NCBI RefSeq assembly: GCF_009914755.1
Contig: NC_060941.1
DNA from: the human T2T-CHM13v2.0 reference genome, Homo sapiens
DNA length: 64,000 nt
Strand: one strand, 5' to 3'
Notes under the pieces: generated by a model
Database searches by the model: none
Seen by the model: only the letters and a program-made list of their open reading frames with translations
What the model was told of the DNA's origin: nothing
Part shown: piece by piece, positions 54,203 through 64,000 of the stretch
Layout: each line of letters starts with the position of its first letter
Numbering within the stretch: the first letter of the stretch is position 1
Program-made: the position numbers and the translations under genes

Positions 54203-55013
54203 ACAAGCAACAAGAAATTCAGGAATGATAAGTATAAACATACCTTGGAAAATTCATAAAGAACCACACAAATATTAAGGAATACCATTCTCAATAGAGC
54301 ATTACTGGAATAGAATTAAGAACTGCACTAGGTCCATGTGATTCAGAGTAGAAGTTTTCATTTAATTCCTAAGTCAATTTATCAAGTAAAGCAATTCAAC
54401 ACATCTCCTCTCCCCAGAGACCAATCCATAACTGTCATTTGACACATTTACAGCCCACTTCCTTCAGAGAAAATGCTTATTGAATGTTGTACAATAAACC
54501 ATTTCCTAGTCTTGGTGCTGAACAACAGTGACCCACAGGCCCCTTCTCTGTTTCAATGAGCTAAATGCTGGTGGTTTTTTTTTTTCCCCCACAGCCTAAC
54601 CAACCCAGCTTCCCACGAAATTCCAAATGGATTAACTCTTTCTGCTCAAGGGGGCTCAAATGCTGAGCTAGCTGAAGTGTATTCATTCTAAAACTGGAAA
54701 CAGAACAGGATAAAATAGACCATTTGAGTTTTCCTTAGAGCTTGGCTCTTCTTTGCTGTTTCAAAATCTCTGACTCACCATTTGTACTGAACAAAAATGA
54801 CCAGGACTCCAGAGGATAAAAGTACATCCACACTTTACAGCCACGGTATCTCTGCCCTGCCAGGGTTCAAGGTTCAGGTTTTACCTAAAGGCCTCAAGGA
54901 CTTGATACCTGTGATTCCTGGACTACTCTCTTAGGTAGACCTTTTAACAAACTCCACCTTGGTGCTTCTTGTTAGTTAGGCTGGTCTTGCTGACTCTGTG
55001 AATCTGGAGTCTC

Positions 55014-55164
55014 GCTTTTGACACCAGGGAACCTGCCTGTTCCTCACTGCCTTGTCTGCTTTAGAGCACTGGTCAGTAAGTGACAAGCTAGCTTTTGACA
55101 CCAGGGAACCTGCCTGTTCCTCCCTGCCTTGTCTGCTTTAGAGCATTGGTCAGTAAGCGACAAG
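55014..55164. repeat. Tandem duplication, period 77 bp (3 mismatches over 74 bp)
   Basis: gcttttgacaccagggaacctgcctgttcc...gacaag at 55014 and 55091. Confidence 0.97.
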
Positions 55165-55636
55165 TCATAGGTTTGATTGCTGATGCAGAGATTTGAAAGT
55201 TGTGGCTGCATGGGCAAGTCAGCTTAACCTCTTTGAGTCTCTATGTCTTTTTATTTTTTAATCTGCAGAGCGGGGTTTCATGAGTTTCTCCATATGGATG
55301 TTATGATAATTAAATGAAATAATGAATACAGAAGTTGCTTTTACAACAACTGGTATATGAGATGGTCTCAAGCAATATTAGTTAAAGTTGGGTGTTTATC
55401 TGTGCCTCCAATATCTGCCTCCTTATAGTTTCCATATCCTCCAGATGCTTCTAGTGCCGACCTCAGCTGCCTTGCCCTTCTTTCATTGTTATTTTTATCC
55501 CTTCAAGTGCACACACTGACCTTTGCATTTGATGCCTGGAAAATAATTTGTCTCAACATTCTAAGTCTATGTCAATTAAAATAAATTTAATGCATTTCTC
55601 AAAGCCTCCACATTCATTTCTACTGGAAAAATCCAA

Positions 55637-55690
55637 ATGCAAATGAGACATCTGGTTCTCATGTACAGATGGTCTGTGCATTATTTGCAT
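55637..55690. promoter_or_regulatory. Candidate POU-octamer / E-box module
   Basis: ATGCAAAT 55637, CATCTG 55649, CAGATG 55666, ATTTGCAT 55683. Confidence 0.4.
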
Positions 55691-58569
55691 CTTTGTCAAA
55701 TCAAGCTAATGTGAAACCTCATGTCATATGGTCTGCATGTCCTCTGTTTCTTTGCTAGGGATTATATATGATGAAAAAATATGACCAAGATATGATGAAA
55801 ATATTTTCTGAAGTCACACTAATTTGTGTTTTGCTGTAAGTCAAATCACTTGATTGTTCTGATAAAATATTTGTCGAGTTTTCCCATGTCTGTGGCACTG
55901 TTTTTGATTCTGTGGGAAATTCAAGAAAACCATGCTGTAGACTCTGCTCAGGAGGGTAACATCAGAAGCCCTGCCATTTCATAGAGAAAGCATAGGATTA
56001 TGCATTGCAAATCCTAGGACTGGCTTTTGTCATTGGAGTCAAGTTTTCCAAACTCTAGGTCTGATGATTAATTTAAAATCAATTAAAATTGAGTAAAGAT
56101 TTTCCACATGTATACTATTACTACTAGTAGTATATGGTCTATGATGAACAAGCTTCAGTCCTTGCCCTTTAAGAGTTTTCAGTTTGATCGAGAGAGGCAG
56201 AAAAGTAACTGGATAATTGTAATACAGTGGGATTAGTGCAAACGTCATTCCTATAAGAAGGCATTGAAAGCATGCACTTGCACACACATACGAGAGCTAG
56301 GGTGGATTTTAGTCCCAGCTCAAATGCCAGCTTCCTCCTCTCAACTCCCCCAGCATTTTATCTGAACGTCCATGATGGCCCTGTTCCATTTTTGCATCCT
56401 CCGCAAGTATTTGTAGAATGAATGAACAATTTCCTTACCTTTTCCAAACACAGGAAGCTGGTATCTATAGCTGAATAGTTACTGCTCGATATCTGATCCT
56501 GCATACTATTAGGCAAGCTGCTAGGGTAGTGATAAAGTCCCTTGGAACCTCACCCCTGAGAACTTATATCTTTGCGTGACCCTGAAAAGGGTGGGAATTC
56601 AATGAAATGAGTAAATTATCAAAAACAAACAAGAAGAACCAAACTCTGGAATTTTAAACACGGATGACCTTGCCTCACATAATGCTGAGGGTCATATGAA
56701 AGCCCACTTTGGCCAAAGCATCTTCCCAAAAATCCACCCAAGAACACCCTCCTTCCTTCCCTTCACCCATGGTCCCCATACTCCTCAGTTTGCTTCTCCA
56801 GCCCCTGTGTTTACTCTGGTTTCTGTCTCTGTGCCTGACCCTTCTCAGGTCTAGAGACTGGCTGTGGCGCCCATATCTGATCTTTGTTTCCACCTTTATT
56901 CTCTGCTGTTTCTGTCTACTTGACCTGAGTGTCATGTACGACTTCAAGTAAAGAACTCCCACAAGGTGGCTTCCTCTCTAAGAAACTCTCAGCCTAGGCA
57001 GGTCCCCAGTTTTCCATTAGGGAGGGAGACTTTGGATAAGTAAAGAAGGATGGGATTGAGGTGTCTGGGTTCCAGGTACAGCAGTTACCAAATGCGTAAT
57101 CTCAGATAATGGATTTTACCTATATTTTGCCTACTTTCCCATCTGTAAAAATGGAGGTAGTACCTACCTCAGGTGCTTGTGAAAATCAAACTTGAATCAA
57201 TGTATGTATAAGCGCTTCAGAGGAAGATAACATTAAAAAAATAGCAGTTCTTTCCTCTCTCACCTCTCCCTCATGTGGCCTCAGTTTCCTCCCAGGCCCG
57301 AGTGTCAATGTGATATTCTTCTTAAGGCAGAAGGATTAGGAAGGCCCCTTCCTAAGGACATTCCAGGCTTACCTATCTTTGATGCTTTTTCCTGGTCTTC
57401 AAAGATTATTTCCTGTTCACTCTCTCAATTCATCTCAGGAACACTGAAGTATCCCCCAGTCTGATGCATGCCAATTATTTTGCAGCTAACTCATTGACAG
57501 TTGAACATGACATCAATCCGGGTATTGATAATAATAATACCAAAAGAATCAAGGTCAGCAAGAAAGGACTCATGATGTGTTACATCATTTCCAACAGTCT
57601 CAAGTAGGACTGTTCTGGCTATCTTATTTTTTACTTTTACCTTAAGGATTTTATACTGCCTTTGTGTGTGCCTAATTTTTGCCTTAGTCATCTGGGTCTA
57701 AGTGGTTCCTTATTGCCTGAGCCTGACCCTGATGCTCTCTTGAGGAGGAATTTGTAATCTTTTGTTGACACACTAGCAGTGTGGGTGCATCAAGAAAGAG
57801 AAGCAATTTGAGGGGTTGTTAAAAAAGCCAAGAGTGCATTCCAAGACATGGAATCAAAAGAGTATGTCAGAAGGAGCCCAGGTTTTCAACAATTTGGCTT
57901 TTATCCTCTACCTTCCAGAACTATGACTAAATAAATATCCTTGTCCTTGATCTTTAAAGGCAAATGGGACATTTACCCCATTATGTATTAGTCTATGTCC
58001 ATCTCCATCTCCTTCTCCATCTTGTCTCTGTCTCTGTCTCTGCCTTTATCTCTGTCACTAATCAATGTAGAGAGGTGTACCAATGTCTTTTGGGAAGTTT
58101 CTGCACCTGTATGGCCATTGTATGTCATGCTATGTATGTGAGTGGACAGGTCGGCCTCTATATTTTTTTCTACAATTAAGTGCAGATGCAAGCACCAGTG
58201 AGCTCCTTATAATACAGGTTTTTGTGTTTGGGACATAAGCACTGATTTCTGGATCTTGGAGTTGAATGCCATCATTGACAGGAAGGAGCGAGGTCAGTTG
58301 CTCTTCAGTCCAAGAGGTAGAAGGACCCCCAAGCCATTACATTCCCAGGCAGACAAATGAAACTGTTACAGAGGCTGCTTCTCAGGCTCCCAGTCTTTCC
58401 ATCCAGACTTTATTTCATGGCAGATGAGCATGCTCTAAAATGTGAAGAAGATGAGAAAGTCTATTGAGGATCAGCCTTGAAAAGATCTTGTCCTTCTACC
58501 ATATTCAGCAATCGGTGAAGCATAGAAGACAGGGTACACATGCTCTCCCTGGAGGAAGTACAACCTAGC

Positions 58570-58790
58570 ACTGAGGCCAGTGTCTGTAGAGCCAGGCTGC
58601 CTACTTCCTCATTCTGCCCTGAACCTCTTATTTCCTAGCCGGGTGACTTTGAGCAAATTATTTATCTCCTTAGACTCCGTTTTCCTCAGTTAGTAATATT
58701 GCTGATTTCACAGTGAAGTCTAATGCTTAAAGGACTTAGAACAGTGGCTATTTACAGGTAGAGCTCAGGGAAGAGTTATCTATTATTCTA
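58570..58790 (+). mobile_element. MIR SINE
   Basis: gggtgactttgagcaaattattta...ctccgttttcctca...ggacttagaacagtg. Confidence 0.65.
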
Positions 58791-60336
58791 TGTCCTAAAA
58801 TCTAATGAAGGGCTTACATTCTTTGCTCTCCTTCCTCAATCTCACATCTATCCTGCAAAATGTCTGAGAAGTTATTTTCCCCGATTTTCAAGCATAGAAA
58901 CTGAGGCCTGAGGAAACAAGGGGAAATGGTCTGGGTAAGAATGAAGCTGTCTAAATACAGAAACCAAAGCTCATGTTTTTCTCCTATAAACGATTCTACA
59001 ACATTACTTGCTCTTTAGGATGGGAAGAAAGGCATAATTTTAACCCAAATTCCCCCACAATAGTTTGGGGTTTCTTTGCTAATACTCCTTTTATTGTTCC
59101 TCCTCTACCTCCAAAGAGGTCTTCAACTTTTCCTTGAGTGGAGGAAAAATAATGTCTGCATCATACATATACAGCAAAAAGCCTGTCTCTCATCCACCCC
59201 CCAACCCCTGGTTATATACAACAAAATATCATGAATGCAAGGTGTCTTAAGGCAGGGATTTTAAAAATTGCTATATCCTCCACTAGAAATGTGTTGAATA
59301 AATGGATGGTTGATGATTCATTTCTTTTGGTCTCCTTTTATCAGGATCTCATTAGGTGTCTGGTACTTCACTCTCTCAAGAAACACTTATTAAAAACCGA
59401 GTATGGTCCAGCCACGATAGCAGATGCCAGGAGTGCAAAGACAGAGACAGAATTGATGCTTTCAAGAGCCCAGAATCCAGTAAGGAAAGTGGGAAATGTA
59501 GAGAGATTCGGGGACACAAGGGGTGTTCAACTTTTGACATTACAACAGAGTGAAGGAATTGATCTGAAAATCCCAGCTTGCATTATGTTTGTAGTGTAAA
59601 TCTAATGGAAATCGTCACATTAGAAAACTTAGCAAAACAATAGACGCTGAACCCTAAGAAACATAAAAAATATGTAGAGAAAGGAAACAATGCTATGCCA
59701 TTTTTCTGCAGGTAAGAAGTGTTTCAACCAGATCGTTGTTGTTGTAGTTGTTGTTGTTGGTTTGAAGGAACTATTTCCCGGAAATGTTTACATATGTCCT
59801 TTGCAGGCTTCTCTTTGCCACTATATATGGTCCAACTCATTGGAGATCCTAATCAGCCCAAGGACCCAGAAATAAGAGCAACCCTACAGCTAACCACTCT
59901 ATGTACCGTACCTCATAAGGATATAACTGAGCCTCTTCTGGCTATATCCACTAGGCCTGTTTTTGGCTTAACTGAGCTAACTGGCCATAGGCTTGATTGA
60001 ACTTGAGAAATGAGATTTTGGAAAGAAAATGTGACCTTTATCAAGGATTCTTATTAAGTATCTACCTGTATGTGGGTGCTGCCAGATCAGCGAAGAGTGT
60101 GTCATTCTGCCTGCCTTCTGATGGCTCTTAATCTAGATGTTCCATGTATATAGATAAAGGATGGTAAAGGGGCTTGACCCTTTGGCAGTTGCATTCATGG
60201 CCTTCCAGAAGGAATCCAGGGGCCTGCGCTTTGGCTTATCTAAGCATCAGGATCTCATTAAGCCTCCATGTGTGAGTGAGACCAGATCTCTTGACCCGGA
60301 TACTTTCAAGTTGTGTCAAAGAACATACATACTTGC

Positions 60337-60447
60337 CTATCATTGAAATATCAGCATCACAGGACACCCAGAAACACCACGCAAAGGGAACAGAAGAATT
60401 TGAAGAAACAAACTCTATCCATCCAGAAACTGGTCCATCATTGGCAT
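60337..60447 (-). ncRNA. Candidate 111-nt exon with GC donor
   Basis: Minus strand: cattttcttttctacctctctctag|ATGCC...GATAG|gcaagt. Confidence 0.4.
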
Positions 60448-61112
60448 CTAGAGAGAGGTAGAAAAGAAAATGATGTGGAGACCAAAGAGCTTGCATTCTG
60501 CCTGAGTCTAGAACAGACACCACCAATTGCTCCACAGCTAGCAGATCATAATCCTTTGCACACAACATGGTTATCATCCAGATGGAAATCCCAACATTGT
60601 AACATATGCCTGGGGTGATAAAACACATTGCTGGAGCAAACCTGTTTCTGAGAGAAGTTTCTCCAGGGAAAGTTGGACTCCTTTCTCTCCACACTGCCAC
60701 ACAACCTAGGTACGATGTAGCCAGGTGACCAACCCTATGCACACATTCTAGTCTCTTTTTCAGACCTATCCAGGTTAAGTGACTTGCATGAGACCACCCA
60801 GGAAACAGGTGATTCACTGGTGCTTATCCTTGCCAGAGTTTTATTTCCAGCCACATCTTCTCTACTCATTGTTTCTTCTCAGTCTAAATGAATCTCTTCT
60901 TTCTCTCCAATATAGACTTTTTACTCAAGCCAGGCCAGTTTACTCAGGCACCTTATCTAGAGTACGTTTTCATTTCTCCCTTGTCCACTTCATGCTTTTA
61001 TAATTTGGCACAGAGGTCACCTGCATTAGCAAATATTTTCTAAAAACCCTAACTTACATTGGGCTCTAAATGAGGAAGGAAGGAGATGTAACAACAGGGA
61101 TAAGTGGGCTGG

Positions 61113-61427
61113 GGCCGAGTACAGTGGCTCATGCCTGTAGTCTCAGCACTTTGGGAGGCTGATGTGGGTGGATTACTTGAACCTATGGGGTGGAGAGCAG
61201 CTTGGGCAACATGGCAAAACCCTGTCTCCACAAAAAAATACAAAAATTATCCGGGCTTGGTGGAGCATGCCAGCCTCCCAGCTACTTGGGAGGTTAAGGT
61301 GGGAGGATCACCTGAGCCCAGGAAGTCAGAGGGTGCCCTGAGCCAAGATTGTGCCACTGCACTCCAGGCTGGGTGACAGAGTGAGAACTTGTCTCAAAAA
61401 AAAAAAACAAAAACAAAAACAAAAAAC
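61113..61427 (+). mobile_element. Alu SINE (AluJ)
   Basis: Diverged dimer with an (AAAAC)n tail. Confidence 0.92.
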
Positions 61428-61589
61428 AGAACTAGGAATGGGGTTCAGACAGGAGTTGATGAATAGATAGATGTCAGATTTTTAATAGATAGATGCCAGA
61501 TTTTTGTGTGTGTTGTTGTTTCCATTTCCTCAACCAGAACTTTTACATCAGCCTTTACATCCATGCACATGCAGTCCAGTTTGCTTTGT

Positions 61590-61710
61590 GCATTTCATAG
61601 GAGATGAAACCATGGCTCAGAGAGGTGAAATGAATTTCCCAAGGTCACATAACTAGTTAATAAAAGCTAGAATCTAGGTATTTTTTCAGTGAAGTCTTCT
61701 ATTTTACAAG
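61590..61710 (-). mobile_element. MIR SINE
   Basis: gatgaaaccatggctcagagaggtgaaatgaatttcccaaggtcaca. Confidence 0.8.
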
Positions 61711-61914
61711 AAATGGCAAAGACTACCTCCTCACACACTTCTCCAAGTTTTCACCATTAGTATGTTGATTTCCATAAAAGGAATGTTATGTACTGCTGTT
61801 CCCAAAGCTGCTTGTCCTGTCTCCTGATGCTGGTCCTTCCTTCTGCTGCATCCAGGTGGCACCGCCACCACGGGACACCTCCACCATCATTGCTAGTACA
61901 ATGGGAGCCCCAAA

Positions 61915-62390
61915 CCTTGGTTTGGTCACCTCCTAATCCCCTTGTTGGTGAGGGAGGAATTACCACCTTAGGATCTGGGGAGTGTCTGGCACTGGACAGA
62001 TGATATTTACAGTTCAGTAGCTACATACACTCACAGTCTGGCAAAGGACCACAACACATACCATGCAGGACCACCCAGTGCTTGCCCTTAAGAACAGAGT
62101 GAATGACCAAGGTATGGGAGACAGGCTTTGCAGTAACAAAAGGGCAAGGTGCCCCTGTTTCTTATGGGAGAAAATGATTGGCTTATTTAAATAACTCCCT
62201 GGGCTGGCAGGGATCTGAAATCCACTTTCAGGAATAAGCAGGAACTGCATGTGGTCCGTTTGATGAATATTGCTTGGCTGGGGGACATTATCTGTGGGAG
62301 CAGAGTGAAGAGAGGAACGTGTAGTTACGCCTTTTTGAGGTGCTCCTGGTTTCACCAAATGTCAAAGAAGCACGTAACACTGACCCTGAA
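61915..62390 (-). mobile_element. ERVL-class LTR (MER74/MER54-like)
   Basis: Minus strand: cagttcctgcttattcctga...aagccaatca...tcctccctcaccaac...aggaggtgaccaaa; family from recalled consensus. Confidence 0.55.
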
Positions 62391-63414
62391 TTTCAGGCCT
62401 TATACACCAGCCCATCTGTGTTCTCACCAAGGGGAGAATGCCTCCCTCCCCTGTGCTTTACAGTTTGTTGAAGGCTTACCAAAGCGGAGTTTTCAGTATA
62501 AACAGTTCTTTCACTTTTATTTTGTTTTACTACTCATAGAATCCCTCTTAACAGGGAAGACATCCAAATTACAGATACAAAGCTGTACTCACAAACCCCA
62601 GACCCCTTTGGACACTGGGACTTTGTTTCTGGTAAGCTCATCTGTCTGCCTCCCTCAGTCCTTTCCCAGGGGTCTCCTCAAGCTCTCAAGCAAATAGATC
62701 CACGGTTGGCCCTGCCCAGGAGCCTGGCCAGTTTTCACAGATTTAACAGACTCCAGAAGTGGTCAGGGTCTCAAATTGGCATCTCTGTCCTACTAGCACT
62801 GTGTATTCAAGAGCCAGAGCAAACCATGTTAAGAGTCAGGGAAAGTGGCAGCTATTTAGTCCCCGCAGCTATTTTTGTTCCTGCAGCCCCAGGCATTTCT
62901 GGTTGAATGCTGCCACTCACAGCATTCACACAAGATCTGGAAGCTATTTGGAGTTCAAAGGCACCCACAGACTTTAGCAAAGAAAAGCTGGAGTCAGCTC
63001 CTGGCTGGACAAAGGATATTAACATGTATGTCTGTTTAAGGGGCTTAGAGGGTTCTCGGTAGAGTTTCTAGATGGAAAGTCACCAAAGAAAATTCATGCC
63101 TGCAACATTTGCTCTGAGCCCAAACTCAGATGGGTTTGGAATAGGATTGGGAAGCACCCTTAGCGAAATTATGCAGTGTCCAGAGTGAAATCCGTCAAAG
63201 GTCAGGAAATGAGGGTCCCTGTCCACCCTCTTCTCAGCATGCAAATGGCAAGGACTCCTGATTGCTCAGGATGCAAATGGGATCCCAGAATGCATTTAAC
63301 CCAGAGTCTATTTTTGCTCCTTGGAGCACACAGCAGACTTTATGTGATGCTCAGATTTGGAGTTTCTGAACCAACAACAAAAAGATAATGCTCAATTCTG
63401 CTTCTTATTTAGTA

Positions 63415-63580
63415 ACTTCCCTTCTCTTTCCTTCCTTTCCTTTGTTTTTTTCTCCTTTATGTTCTGTCTTCTTACCACCTCTTATTCATCCTCCCTCTCC
63501 CCTTCCTACCATTAGTTCCTCCCACACACTTTTCTCCCTCCTCCTTTCTTTTCTTTCTCCCCTCCCTCCTCTTCTCTCTT
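63415..63580. repeat. CT-rich low-complexity tract
   Basis: Read directly. Confidence 0.85.
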
Positions 63581-64000
63581 ACATTTGATCCTCTCAGAGC
63601 TGCACTTTGGCAGAGGCTGGCACAAGACCACTTAATCTAGAATCTCACCTTCTTGATCAGAGTCCAGTGGTCCTTCATAACTGAGAGGGAAGAGTTCATT
63701 CCTCTGGTGTTCATGAGTCTGAGCACTGAGCTCAGATAAGTTGCTAACAACTCATCTCTCCACTGAGAAGCTGGACAGACTTCAAGAGTGAGACATGGAG
63801 GCAGAAATCGCTGGGTAGACTCCCTGGGGCAGGCGTTAAGGAGAGGGAGGGCATGGAACCTGGAGAGAATCAGATAACCTGTGATCTGATCCTTACTTTC
63901 CTTTTTGTGAGCTTTTGGGTAGGCACCTTCCCTCTCCGCACCTCAGAGTTCTAGCTGCAAAAATAATAATGCTGGACTCAAACAGCCTTACCAGTTCCTT

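Noticed and set aside
60236-60817. 193-aa minus ORF as a single-exon CDS
   Set aside because: No recognisable domain, it begins at a non-ATG codon and it runs through a polypyrimidine tract. Only the internal 111-nt exon candidate was kept

Overview
Primate genomic DNA, most likely human or another hominoid, judged from AluJ, AluS and AluY copies alongside THE1, MST and MLT1 LTRs. It is CpG-poor with no CpG island, and a large share is interspersed repeat (Alu, MIR, L2, old L1M/HAL1, MaLR and ERV LTRs, hAT/Tc2 DNA transposon fossils) plus microsatellites. I recognise no protein-coding gene, RNA gene or processed pseudogene. The longest supplied ORFs are Alu, LTR or STR artefacts. The non-repeat signals most worth testing are four. 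(1) A chain of minus-strand exon-like segments running from an ERVL-type LTR at ~62 kb to an AATAAA at 10.86 kb, a candidate LTR-initiated lncRNA whose last three exons keep one open frame. (2) A chain of short, phase-compatible plus-strand exon candidates at 50.7-57.7 kb that would encode a ~74-aa peptide ending in a hydrophobic segment with a central Arg. (3) Paired octamer/E-box modules at 55.6 and 63.2 kb. (4) Several local duplications carrying templated-insertion scars. All gene models are inferences from splice motifs read by eye. Repeat subfamily names come from recalled consensus features and need RepeatMasker/Dfam confirmation.
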